From assembly GCF_046119375.1 (NCBI RefSeq), contig NW_027362796.1, positions 10,726,001 to 10,790,000 of the forward strand: DNA of 64,000 nucleotides, read 5' to 3'. Every line of letters begins with the position of its first letter. Positions within the stretch are counted from its first letter, which is position 1. Below the pieces are notes generated by a model that did no database searches, was not told where the DNA came from, and saw nothing but the letters and a program-made list of their open reading frames with translations. Below are positions 12,081-24,743 of this stretch, piece by piece. The translations under genes were made by a program, and so were the position numbers. The stretch is from Phyllobates terribilis. Lineage: Eukaryota.

Positions 12081-15000
12081 GGCACATGCGCGATCAACAT
12101 GCGTTAGTTAGAATCTCACTACGCTAAAATGCGGACTAGCAGGCCTCGCCAACCACCGGCCGCCCCATCAACCACATCTGCTGCTTCTTCCTCCTCCATC
12201 ACCGTGGCAAGTGTTCTCACACAGGTCTCCGGCCTCAGAACCTCCACTTGTTTATCCGGTACAGTCGGGGTGAGTGAGTGCCCGTCAGCTGTTACGGAAG
12301 TGGACGTGCCTGCTGTTTTTCACCGATCTCAGACACCAAGCACACCACATCCTTCTCAATTCACCATAACATCTCTGCCTGTACCTCACTCACAGTCCAG
12401 CAGTTTGTCGTGTTCACCCTACACCACCCTCTCAGCACAGCAGCCAGTCCTCGGTCCCTCAGTTGTGATCACGTAAAAGATTGTTTCCTCCTACACATGC
12501 CAAAGCTAAGAGCTTGAACTTCACCATCTCCAATCTGTTGGCTACGGAAATGCTGCCTTTCTTACTGGTGGATACAGACGGTTTCCGAAATCTGATGGCC
12601 ATCGCAGTCCCCCCAGTACCAGCTGCCCAATCACCATTACTACTCTAAGAAAGCTGTGCCTGTGCTACAAAAGCATGATGCATACAACATCACCGGTTCC
12701 TTGAAAAAAATCTATGTCTGCCAGGGTACATTTCACCACAGACGCCTGGACGAGCAAGCATGGCCAGGGGCGTTACATCTTGCTGACTGGGCACTAGTGA
12801 CTCTGGTGGCTGTGGGGGCAGGCGGGGAAGGGTTTGCTCTACAAGTCTTGGAATTCCCAAGGTTTGCGGGACAAACCTCTGCATGTAACACTGCTTCTCC
12901 CTCCTCCATCTCCTTTAGGGCCTTCACCTGTGCCTTAATCCTATGCCTTAATGAGACCCGCGTTCCAACAGTGGACAGAGAATACCCTCAACTGCGTACT
13001 GCGCAGCCAGGGCTAACCCCAGTCAGGCAGTGTTTAAATTTATATGCCTTGGAGACCACAGTCACACAGCTCAAGAGTTGTGGACAGCTATCCAGGCCTA
13101 GTTTGAGCAATCGCTGTCTCCACTGACCTTGGAGCCAGGAAAGGCCGTGTGTGATAACTGTGTGAACCTGGTGGCGGCCCTACGCTGGTGCAACTTCACA
13201 CATAGGCCGTGCATGGCTCATGTCCTCAAACTGGTGGTAAAGCAATTTCTTCTCCAATATCCCAGCCTAGATGTGCTGCTGCAGAAAGCACGTCAATGTG
13301 TTCTCACTTTTGCAGTTCGCACCCCACGGGTCATCGACTTACATCATTACAGAGGTCTTTCGGCTTACTGGTTAACCGGTTGATATGCAATGTGCCAATA
13401 TGATGGAATTCCACTCTGCACATGTTGCGACAAGCCTTGGTGAAGTATGTAATTTTGCATAGCCTGGGCCAACGCAGTACGGACGTGGTGCGAATCACGC
13501 TTGGGGAGTTGGCACAGATGAAGGACCTCTGCACCCTTCTGCATAGTTTCGAAATGGTTAGCGCTGAGTATGCCGTCATCAGTATCACTATTCTGGTCAT
13601 CTACATGCTGAAGCACACATTGAATAGTCTGCAGGAGGAGGTGGTGGTCCCAGAGGAAGAGGAGGATGCGTAAAGGATAACAATATTTCTAAGTTGCGAA
13701 CTGTCGTCGCACAGGCTGGTGCCATGGAAGGGTGGATTACAGTGATCGAGGGGTCTCATGATACCAGACAAACTGTTAGTGAAGGTGCAGGAACCGACGA
13801 ACAAATGGAGGAGGACGACGAGGAAATGGTGATGGGAACGCAACAGTCAGGAGATGAAGAGGATAATGATCCCCCCCCCCCCCCTCTGTTGTCCGTGGTT
13901 GGTGGGAGGGGACAGAGGAAGCAACACATCATGGACTTGGACCTCATGGAAGCGCCCGACACATGAGCGCTTTCTTGCTGTACTATCTGCAACATGATGG
14001 CCGTATTGTTAGGATTAGAAATAATGCTGACTACTGGGTTGCTTGTTACGATACTGGCGTAGTACTGTTGGAAACCAGTGGCCAAAGGAGCACCAGCAGG
14101 AACAGCAAGCAAGTGGTAGTAAAAGTTCTTGGAAATAGCAAGAAGTTTGCAGGATACAATCCAGGGTGAATAGAATAGTCTGGGTAAGAATGTTCCAGAG
14201 CTGGAGACTGAAACTAGGCTAACAACTAGACACACTACTCAAGCAATGAGTGAGAGATCCATGTGGCTTTAAATAGGCCCAAACAGGAAACAAGATGGAT
14301 TCCATAGATTCAGAATCTGCCATCTTGGTAAAGGGCAATTGCAGAACACAACAGCAGTCTCCTGTGGTAAGGAGTGAACACAATATTAAAGTGAACAATA
14401 ACGGCCACTAGTGGTCAAACTGTAGAAGGGCAACAGAAATCCTGACATTGCCACTCCGTTAGATCCACGATACAAGAGTAAATTTTGCCAGATGCTTTTT
14501 CCTCTAGAAAGGGACACCTGCATGCTGGAGTATCGAAACACACTTGTAGACCATCTTAAGAGTGCTTTTCCCCAAGACAGCAGTGAGGCACACAATGTGC
14601 ATCGCAGTTCTAGACTTCCAATCCTGGGAACGTCAAGTTGTCAACGCAAAAACATTAGCAGCAGCAGGGGTAAGTGGCACAGGCAATTTCTGTGAGTTGT
14701 TTCACACATTTTTTAGACCAGTTTGTTCACCAGCAGAACAGAGTACAAGTCTGACGCATAATGAACAACTGGAGAGGATGGTGCAGGAGTATCTCAAGCT
14801 CAATATCAATGCCATAAGAGGGGATTGGACCCTTTTGCATTTTGGTCTTCAAAAATGGAAGAGTGGCCTGAGCTCACTTGTCACGCCTTGGAGGTTTTGT
14901 CATGCCCGGCAGCCAGCGTTCTCTCAGAACGTGTCTTCAGCGCTGCTGCTGGTGTCATGACTAGAGATGTGCGTTGTTCGACTCGAACTGTTCGCCAATC

Positions 15001-15879
15001 TCAAATTCGAGCTGTTTTGGGCAGTGTTCGAGCCGTTCGGCGAACACGAACGATTTGAGAAAAATTCGGCTGTTCGAGGTTATGTTCGATAACTGTTCGT
15101 GCACCAAAATCATAACTGGATTTTTTCTCAGTAATGATGAAAATTAATGTTAATACGCAGTTTGAGTGTACAGCAGGGTGGGGGGAGGGGCAGGGGATGG
15201 ATCTCTGCAGGAATAATGAAGATCTCCATTTTTTTTTCTCTTTCCCGCATTTACAGTGGGGAGGTGCAATCTGTCAGCCTATCAGCAGCTCACACACGGA
15301 GCGAAGTGCTTTTTTTCACACAAGCAAGGGCATGTGTCATTGGCAGTGTATGTCACATGTCCTTGCCCTATAAGACCAAGTCATTTTCCCCGTCGCCACC
15401 ATTTTCTCACTGCTGCAGTTGCGTGTTAGACGGCACCGCTGTTGCTGTGTGCGCTATACCTTGTTAATTTCAAGCCAATTTTCGCACAAATCTACAGATA
15501 GCTTGGGAGTAGGGAATAGTTGTGATTGCAGTCCTTTTAAGGACTAGGTTACAGCATTTCCTACGACTTTTATCAGGCAGGTCTGTGCTCTTAAATAGAT
15601 AGATTGTGGGAGTAAAGACTAATTGTAATTGCAGTCCTTTTCAGGACTAGGTTACATCAGTTCCTATCAGTTTTTGCCAGGCAGGTCTGTGCCAGTGCTG
15701 TGCAAGTTTTTTTCACAGCATTTGGCTGAATCTAGCAAAACTAATCCTTTTTGGCCTATTGCAGAGTGTGTTAGTCAGTGGAGTAGCCTATCTGTGTTGC
15801 AAGATATACCACCTGTGTATAGAATACCAATTTTTTTACTGCACCTAGTGAAGTAAAATCTTTTGGGCATAGCATCATT

Positions 15880-16280
15880 CTATTAGTCCATCTATACTGA
15901 CCTCCATCAGGTTGCAAATTGAATATAATTTTTTTCTGCATCTAGCTCTGAAAAAATATTTGGCCTTCTAGCAGTGTGTGGGACTTTCTCTATTAGTCCA
16001 TCTATACTGACCTCCATCAGGTTGCAAACTGAATATAATTTTTTTCTGCATCTAGCTCTGAAAAAATATTTGGCCTTCTAGCAGTGTGTGGGACTTTCTC
16101 TATTAGTCCATCTATACTGACCTCCATCAGGTTGCAAATTCAAAATAATTTTTTGTCTGCATCTAGCTCTGAAAAAATATTTGGCCTTCTAGCAGTGTGT
16201 GGGACTTGTTCTATTAGTCCATCTATACTGACCTCCATCAGGTTGCAAATTGAATATATTTTTTTTCTGCATCTAACCCA
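15880..16280. repeat. ~110-bp subterminal tandem repeat of hAT B (~3.5 units)
   Basis: TGGCCTTCTAGCAGTGTGTGGGAC recurs at 15961, 16071 and 16182. Confidence 0.85.
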
Positions 16281-16391
16281 GACAATAGTTTTGGCCTAAT
16301 ACCACAGTTTGGCCACTCAACTCTGCTCGGTTCCCATCCATTGTTTTTTTGTGCAAACAACTCCAGAGTTGTGAATTAGTTAACCACCAAA

Positions 16392-19378
16392 ATGAGTGGA
16401 AAAAGGCCTGCTGCTGGTGGAAAGGGGAATAGGCGTGTTGGGAAGGGGAAAAAAGGTTGTGTCCGTGGGGTAGGTGTTAAAGCAACAGTAACATCTGCAG
16501 AAGAAAGACCATCTTCCAGCCAAACTAAAATGTCTACTTCTTTTAGCGGACAATGTGATAAGATCCCTTTCTTATGGCCACGCCAATCGCTACAAATTCC
16601 AGATGAGGCACAAAAACAGCAGGTGCTTCAACGGATATTAAGTGCTCTTTTAAGTGGGCTCACCTCCACATCAACTTCAACATCACAAATACTCCAGTCC
16701 TCAAAGGTGTCACCCCAATCGCACTTGCTTCCTCACAGCTCCCAAATCTCCAGCTGCCCGTCTGAGTATGAGGTAGAACAGATGGTTGAGTCTGCAGAGC
16801 TGTTTACTCATACTATAGCCTGGGAATCAGAGGTCGACTCCAGCGCTTCTGTGAATCCAGACGAGGAAATGATCTGCACTGATGCCCAGAATCTTTAGGA
16901 GTCGGATCCAGGACCAGACGCAGAAGGTTCTGACCATAATGTAGACCCTCATTCCCAAACTGTAACTCCTGTTGGTGGAGACAATGAGGAAGACGATGAT
17001 GAGACTCAAATACCTGATTGGAGCGACAACTTTAGTTTTTTGTCAGGGCAGGAACAGGTTGGCTCTGAGGACGACGGGTGTGATAACGCACAGGGTGATG
17101 ATGATGAGGTTGGAGATCCCACTTACTGTCAACCCACAGTCAGCCAAGAGATGAGGTCAGCAGAGGAGGTGGAGGAAGATGCTAGTGACGACGAGGTCAG
17201 GTTGCGCCTTCCTGGACAGAGACGTAGTACTGGAAGCACGTCAACAACTGCATCCTCAAACACAACTCTGCCTCTCACCACAAGTCGTGGTGGCTCTTCA
17301 GGTCGCATGGGTGCTAAGCCTTGCATAGCCTGGGCATTTTTTCAGATCGATAAAGATGACCCAACTCGTGTTATCTGTAACATTTGTCAGCAAAAGCTAA
17401 GTAGAGGCCAAAAAATACATAGTTTGAGTACTTCACGCATGAACCGGCACATGGACATGAAGCATAAGTTGCAGTGGGAAGCTCAGTGTGCTACAATGCG
17501 GCCTAGCCGGCCGGGCCAACCACCGTCTGCCATATCTTGTGCATCCGCGGCCTCTTCATCCTCTGTGACTGGGGGGACAGCAGTCACACCTGTTTTGGGG
17601 CGCAGACCTGCCACCTCTTTACCCGCAACAGCCAGCGTGAATGGCAGGTCATCATTTTCTTTGGAGGTGGTAACACCAGCTGGTGTTGAGCGCTGTCCGA
17701 CATCGATAGCACCACCTTTGGATCAAGGCAACCTAACATGTCCGCCTGCATCTTCCTCACAGACCGGCAGTTTGCCGGGGACACCCTTATCAACCCCGTC
17801 TAAGCACAATAGCCAGCCCTCGGTCCCTCAGATGTGGACAAGTAAAAGACCATTTCCTCCTAGCCATGAGAAAGCTAAGAGGTTGAATTTCACCATCTGC
17901 AAGCTCTTGGCTACAGAAATGCTGCCTTTCCGCCTGGTGGACACAGAGGATTTTCGAGACCTTATGTCCGTCGCAGTGCCCCAGTACCAGATGCCCAGTC
18001 AGCACTACTTCTCAAAGAAAGGTGTGCCTGCGCTCCACCAGCATGTCGCACACAACATCACCGCTTCTTTGAGAAACTCTGTGTGTGACAGGGTGCATTT
18101 CACCACAGACACTTGGACGAGTAGGCATGGACAGGGGCGTTACATGTCGCTGACTGGGCACTGGGTAACTATGGTGACAGCAGGACAAGGGGCTGCTGTC
18201 CAAGTCTTGCCGTCCCCACGAGTTGTGCGTCAATCCTCTTTATGTCAAAGTTCCTCCACTGCTTCTGCCTCCTCAACCCCCTCTCGGTCTTCCACCTGCA
18301 CCCAAAGCCTGTCTGGTCATGCCACAAGCTTTCTAACTGCGCAGAAGGGATCCTGCACACCTCCTTACTATGCTGGCAGTAGGGCTCAACGTCATCAGGC
18401 GGTTTTTACTTTGAAATGTCTGGGAAATGTGAGTCACACAGCTGAGGAGTTGTGGTCAGCTCTGGAGAACCAATTTCATGAATGGTTGTCTCCACTGGAC
18501 CTGAAACCAGGGAAGGCCGTGTGCGACAATGCTGCAAACCTGGGTGCGGCCCTTCGCCGGGGCAATGTCACACACGTGCCTTGTATGGCTCACGTGTTGA
18601 ACCTGGTTGTCCGGCATCTCTACAGAAGTCGTTGGGCCTGCCACTTCACCGGCTAAAATGCGATGTGCCTACCCGGTGGAATTCAACTCTGCACATGTTG
18701 CAGCGACTGTGGCAGCACCGACAAGCCCTGGTGCAATACGTTCTGACGTATAGCCTGGGCCAACGAGATCCAGAGGTGGGGCAAATCACGCTGGAGGAGT
18801 GGTCTCAGATCAGGGACCTATGCACCCTTCTGCACAGTTTGAAATGGCGACGAAGATGTTTAGTGCTGACGATGCCATTATCAGCATGACTATTCCGGTG
18901 ATTTACATGCTGGAGCACATGTTAAACAGAATTCGGAGTCAGGTGGTGGCACAAGAGGAGGTGGAGGAAGTAGAGGAGGAGGAGTTGTATGCGGAAGGGC
19001 TAACATCTGCAAGGTCCAGACGGTCGGCAGCACCAAGGCGGCAGGCATGTGAGGGTGGGGGAGATGGTTTGACCAGGGTGCATGGTAGCAGCCAAACTAG
19101 TGAGGAAGGTGCAGGAGCCCAGGAAGAAGTGGAGGACGAACTGATGGAAGACTCATCAGATGAGGGAGACCTTGATCACATTTCTGTTGTGCGAGGTTGG
19201 GGGGAGAGGACAGAGGAAGGAAGCATGATTGTTACCTCGCCACCAACACAACAGGGACTTGGTGCTCCTGGATGCTCAACACACATGAGTGCCTTCTTGC
19301 TGCACTACCTGCAACATGACCCTCATATTGTCAGAATTCGAAGTAATCATGACTACTGGGTTGCCACACTCTTAGATC
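16392..19378 (+). pseudogene. hAT B transposase (basic/acidic N-terminus, BED finger, DDE core), disrupted
   Basis: 16392-18656 is one frame with a single TAG at 16896-16898. It contains BED (AWAFF...VICNIC...MNRHMDMKH), [18 protein letters not shown] and CMAH; CDVPTRWNSTLHML and WVATLLDP follow in shifted frames. Confidence 0.88.
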
Positions 19379-20755
19379 CCCCAAACTTTTCGATCAACCT
19401 TTTCATTTTAATAAAGACCAAAAAAATGGTCATTTTTGCAATTATAAGCATTAGCAGGTTATTAGAAACTGAAATCAAACAGTTTTCAACTCAAAACTTT
19501 ATTCTAGGTGATGTTACATTTTCACATAGGACCCCTTGTTCGAAAGGAGCTTCTGAACTCTCTCGTCCATTGAATTTGTCAAGTTTTGGATGGTTTCTGC
19601 TTCAATTGTTTTGCATGAGGACAGAATACCCTCCCAGAGCTGTTGCTTAGATGTGAACTGCCTCCCGCCATCATAGACACTCCTTTTGATGATGCTCCAG
19701 AGGTTCTGAATGGGGTAGAGGTCAGGGGAGCATGGGGGTCACACAATAAGTTTGTCCCCTTTTATGCCCATATCAGCCAGAGATGCAGATGTTTTATGTG
19801 CAGCATGAGATGGTGCATTATCATGCAAAAAAATGATCTTGCTGTGAAATACACGGTTCTTCTTCTTGAACCATGGCAGGAAGTGCTGTTTGAGAAAATC
19901 CACATACATTATGGAGTTCATCTTTAGCGCCTTCAGGGATCCTAAAGGGGCCGACAATCTCTCTCCCCATGATTCCAGCCCAAAACATTACTCCACCTCC
20001 TCCTTGTTGGCGCTGTAGCCGTGTTTGCGTGGGGTGTCCATCAACCAGCCATCCTCCACTCCATCCATCTGGACCATCGAGCGCTGCACGGCACTCATCC
20101 GTGAACAAAACAGTTTTGAAATCAGTCTTCATGTAATGTTTAGCCCACTGGAGCCGTTTCTGCTTGTGTGAAGTGGATAGAGGAGGTCGACAGGATGGCG
20201 TATGCACAGCTGCAAACCTCTGAAGGACCCTGCATCTTGTTGTTCGGGGGACGTTGGAGGCACCAGCAGCTTCAAAAACTTGTCTGCTGCTATGACAAGG
20301 CTTTCTTGCCACTGCTCTTTTAACCTGACGTAATTGCCTGTAGGAAAGAGTCCTCAATTTGCCCTTATCAGCACGCACACGTGTGTACTGTGAATCAGCT
20401 ACATACTTCTTGATTGCCAAGACACTTCATCCTGATCATCGCACAATGTTGATTGTAGTCATGCCTTGACCTAAACACTCCACAATTTGTTGCTTCTCAG
20501 CAGCCGACACATCCTTTTTCTTTCCCATTTTGGCAGAAAATGTAGGCTGCTTAATAATGTGAGACAGCCTTCTTAAGTAGTCTTGCCTTTCATTGGACAC
20601 ACCTGCCAAACTAATTAGCACAGGTGTCTGCAATTGCTTACAGTGATATAAAGAGCCCTGACACACATCACCATCAATGAGTTTAACTGACAAACAAACA
20701 AATTCTTCCCTTATCACTCCTAAACACTTTTTGCATAATAATTTGGAACACAGTG
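19379..20755 (-). mobile_element. Tc1-family transposon; left (3') end deleted, transposase frameshifted
   Basis: VLFTDE, QQGGGGVMFWAG and FLHDNAPSH motifs. Terminal ...ATTTGGAACACAGTG followed by TA at 20756-20757; no matching TIR on the left. Confidence 0.88.
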
Positions 20756-20869
20756 TACATGTGCTTTTCCACAAAACACCAGTGGTTCACGTAGTGAATC
20801 TTACAGTTCTAACTTGCCAACCGTGGTCTGTATGGAGTTGTTCAATAAAGGGCCCAAAATTAAGATAAC

Positions 20870-22520
20870 ATAGATGGGAGAGGTCTCTATGACTAGGAAT
20901 TCCTAAGTATTTGATACCCTGTGAGGGCCAGGCAAAGGGAAAGTTGGACTGGATGGAATCCTATATGGATTTGGGGAGGGAGACATCGAGGGCCTCAGAC
21001 TTCGCTACATTGATTTTAAAATTTGACCATGTAACAAAGTGATCTATTTCAGCCATAACAGCATGGATGGATATATGGGATTGAGTGATATATACTAGGA
21101 CATCATCAGCAAATAGAGAGCACTTGTACTCGGTGCCTCCCACCTCAATCCACCTAATATTGGGGTTATGGCGAATTGATGAGAGCAGGTGCTCCGTCAC
21201 TAGAATGTATAAGAGAGGGGACAGAGGACATCCCTGCCTTGTCCCATTGGTGATTGTGAAAGGTGATGAAAATGTTCTGATGCACCCCCTGGGCCTTGGG
21301 ACACCCGGAGCCGGACCCTTTTTGGTGGATGCTGGTGGTTGTAGTCTTCGTGGCGGCGACCCGGTTCCGTGGCTCAGGGCGGTCAAACCAGTGGCGGAAC
21401 TATTTATGTGGTTTTGATGTTTAAATGTCCGACTATGCCACCCGTGGATTGCGGTCAGAGTGAACCGCCGCTGCAGGGCAGACCGCTGAGGCTGGTGTTG
21501 TGGGTGCAGCAGAGCGTAGCATAACTCCCCACGGGAGGAGTATAGCCTCAGGGCAGTGTATGCGGAGGATGGGGGTCATGGTGCAGGGCAACAGCAGTAA
21601 TGACTCGGAGTCAGTGATGCAGTCCAGGGCCTTTACTCACAGTTCTTATTATCCAGACCACGTCTGCAGGTAACGGCTGCCCACGTCGTACTGTGCTCAC
21701 CAGGTGAGGGGCTCAGACAACTCCCAGATAACTTTGGAGCGCTTCACAGGACCCCCTTTGTGTGTCCTTTGTCTGGCCTTTCTTACCAACCCTTCTGTCC
21801 GGCTGCCTCGGGCCTCCTCTTGGTAAACTTGGCGCCAGTTTCCCTGACCCTATGTGGTGCCTTCCTAGCGGATGTAGCGAGGGGCTGCGCCACATAAAAT
21901 GTCACAGCCTCTGGTTTCTAGCTGAGGGTCATTTCCTGCCTCCACTAGTTTCGGGGACCGGTCTCCCCCTTTGGCCTGACCCCTCCACGCAGGTGGATTC
22001 GGGCGTGCGGTGGCGACTCGCCCGTCCGCACCCCTGGGATCCCTTCATTCCTCGTTCCTGGAGCCTTCTCCGCTCCTCTTCCTTCCTTCTCCCTCTTCCA
22101 GACCTGGGCCTCTGTTACTAGGCCCACCTCCGGAGCAGAGCTCATGCAGAGCCCCTGCTCCCTGCCACTTCTGCTCAGACTTCTCTGCACTGAACTAAGA
22201 TGGTGCCCACCTTTTATACTCCCTTCTCAATGCACCCAGGAACTGCTTCCTCCCTGCTCCTGCACTACAGGGTTCCCCTTCCTCAGTGTTCCCTCCCCCC
22301 ACTCCAGCCAGGGACAGGGACTGTCGTGCCCATCTCAGAGGCATATTGGTCGCCCTGCCCCACGGCAATGTGGTGTAATGCATGCAGGTGTCGGGTCCTG
22401 ATCCACACTCCATCCTTACCTGAGAGTGAGATATCACACCTCTGGGTGAGGTGCAATACCTCTGTAGCAACCGAGCCCTCAGGGTGCTACAGTTCCATTT
22501 ATCTTCAGCCTAGGTGACGT
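20870..22520 (-). mobile_element. L1/Tx1-type LINE RT fragment, split by a solo LTR
   Basis: RLKINGT|FSSPFTITNGTRQGCPLSPLLY...LFADDVL is restored when 21278-22491 and one TSD copy are removed. Confidence 0.85.
21278..22491 (-). mobile_element. Solo LTR of the same family as the 2905-3941 Gypsy LTR
   Basis: On the minus strand it begins TGTAGCACCCTGAGG and ends GCATCA; 4-bp TSD GTTC at 21274-21277 and 22492-22495. Confidence 0.92.
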
Positions 22521-22893
22521 ATTGTGATACAGGGCCGTGATTTTGGCTATAAAAGGGTCCCCTAGACCCCTACCCCAAGCTTTTTAAGAGAATCATATAT
22601 GGCGTGCCAGGAGACTCTATGGAATGCTTTCTCAGCATCCACCGAGAGTATCTAATTACAAATTTTTAACTGCATCTAGCCCAGGAAATACTTTGTGCCT
22701 AGTAGCAGTGTCTGCTAGTCAGCGGATTATCCCGGCTGTTAAGCAAGCTACACCACCTGTAGTTTGGACACTTAATTTTTTCAAAGGAAATGCTTCGTGA
22801 CCACGGGATACTCAGTGAAGAGCATCAGGAGGCACCCCAAGGCATAGGGGCTGGGATTGGCAGTAGGATGCCTTGCCGTGGACAGCAGAGCTC

Positions 22894-23030
22894 GATCCTT
22901 ATAAAAGCTTTTTAACTGCAGCAGCTTTAGTGGACGCTACTGGAGCTGGAATTACGCGGCTGCTGGCATGAGACTTGCCCTCCAATAGATCCTTGTAAAT
23001 GGATTTAAAGTGTATTCATTCAAATTAGAG
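22894..23030 (-). pseudogene. Degenerate 18S rRNA fragment inside the 3' arm of hAT B
   Basis: The reverse complement closely follows the conserved 18S segment ...TTGGAGGGCAAGTCTGGTGCCAGCAGCCGCGGTAATTCCAGCTCCAATAGCG...GCTGCAGTTAAAAAGCT, with several substitutions. There is no rDNA on either side. Confidence 0.85.
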
Positions 23031-23559
23031 AGACAATTTAAATTAAAAAGCTTAGAGCTGCCTCCACCACAGGGGGGCTCGCTCGAACCACCAGCGGACA
23101 GGCACCAGTATTGGGAGAGGGGGGCTGGCCATCAGGGTTCACCGCGTCTCTGGCACAAACCCGGCGACACGGAGGTGGCACGGGCAGGAGCGGACTGAAC
23201 ATGTCGGCTTCTCACTTTTTGGATTTTAGAAGGGCATGACATGCCTATATCTGTGTCTCCCCCTCCTTTTACTCCTCCACCTCTTTTCTTTTCGCATGAC
23301 TATATGTACTTGTCACTTTTCCATGTGTTCGTTGTGTCTTCTGAGCAGTTTGTCAGCTTTTGGACACCTTTGAAGGTGTTTTCTATGTGTTTCTATGTGT
23401 TTTTGTTTGCCTGCCATTGGTTTTAACGGTGTTCGACGAACAGTTCGGCGAACACACGGGTGTTCGACGAACCGAACCGAACTCGAACACTACGGGGGTG
23501 GCTCAACACTAGTCATGACGGATAAGTGCAGCTGGCTTTCCCATGAAAGTGTAACCCCC

Positions 23560-24161
23560 TGTAAAGATCTGAGGTTATGGGTTGTAAGTAATCACCTAGG
23601 CAGGCTAACGGTGCAACAATATTTTATTGATCACAGCCATGGTAATAAAGCAATTCCAGGTAAATGACCAAAATACAGTTCTCTCAGTCCTTAAATTCCC
23701 AATCTAGGTTCAGTAGTTCCACTGGCTTTGTATAACACCATACTCACTGTCTCCCAACTTTTGGTTGGCCCACAGATTTCGTATCTCCAGCCAGAATAGT
23801 CAGTAGCCACAGTCCATGATCCTCTAGACCAGGGTTCCCCAACTCCAGTCCTCAAGGCCCACCAACAGGTCATGTTTTCAGGATTTCTTTAGTATTGCAC
23901 AGGTGATGGAATTATTGCCTGTGCAGGTGATGCAATTATCACCTGTGTAATGCTAAGGAAATCCTGAAAACATGACCTGTTGGTGGGCCTTGAGGACTGG
24001 AGTTGGGGAACCCTGCTCTAGACGGCAGATACAACGATGAAAGCCCAGGTATCCAGTAGCAGCAGTAATTTTAAGAAAGTGTAAATCCAAACGACATAAT
24101 CCATAATGGTAACATGTTTATCCATACTGTGGTGACGGCTCCACTGTGTCCACAATCCACA
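23560..24161 (+). mobile_element. Short solo-LTR-like element (TG...CA) inserted near the 3' end of the hAT A transposase
   Basis: 5-bp TSD CCCCC at 23555-23559 and 24162-24166; its start is homologous to the minus-strand start of 29326-29991. Confidence 0.75.
23830..24015. mobile_element. hAT-type MITE, 186 bp, near-perfect palindrome
   Basis: Long TIRs CAGGGTTCCCCAACTCCAGTCCTCAAGGCCCACCAACAGGTCATGTTTTCAGGATTTCCTT; 8-bp TSD CTCTAGAC at 23822-23829 and 24016-24023. Confidence 0.95.
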
Positions 24162-24743
24162 CCCCCTAACCTTCATCAAGATGAACAAGTCATAGATCTC
24201 CAATGACTTTTGCACCCCAATCGCAGACTGTGCAGGCTAGGCAATGGTGTAGTTTTTAGTGTGCTGCATTGATCTCGCATTATTGCAGCCTGTGACGCAT
24301 TTGTCATGCCTTCTGTTGCTACTGCTGCTGATGTTACTAACAATTTTTTGAAATGTGGAGACTCCAAGTTGGGTCTCCATCTGCTGGGTTGCCTGTAGTG
24401 GAAGGGGTGTCAGAGCCCCATTATACTATTTCTACTATGGTGAAATTGATGCCACTTTAGTGGTGTATGGCAATAATTTTTAGAAATGTGGAGACTTGTG
24501 GTTGGGTCTCCTTCATGTGTGTTGCCTGTAGCAGGAGGGCTCTGAGCACCAGGCCTACACCTGTCACTCATCCATGTGTTACTGATCAATGTTTAAGCTA
24601 GAAATGCTGCTCCAAGCCCTGTCCTAAGCCCTGCCCCATGCATCCATGCTGTGCAATTATACTATTTGTATTCTGGGTCAACTGATGCCACTTTTCCTGT
24701 TCGGCGAGCATCGGGACATTCTCCGATCTGAACCGAACCTTGA

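Larger units (their letters stand above)
14962..23511 (+). mobile_element. hAT (BED-finger) DNA transposon copy B, inserted into copy A
   Basis: Perfect 8-bp TSD GTCATGAC at 14954-14961 and 23512-23519. Ends TAGAGATGTGC... / ...GCTCAACACTA. Removing it restores copy A's SAAAGVMT-DKCSWLS reading. Confidence 0.92.

Noticed and set aside
22894-23030. A functional rRNA gene
   Set aside because: Only ~135 bp, mutated, and embedded in a transposon arm.
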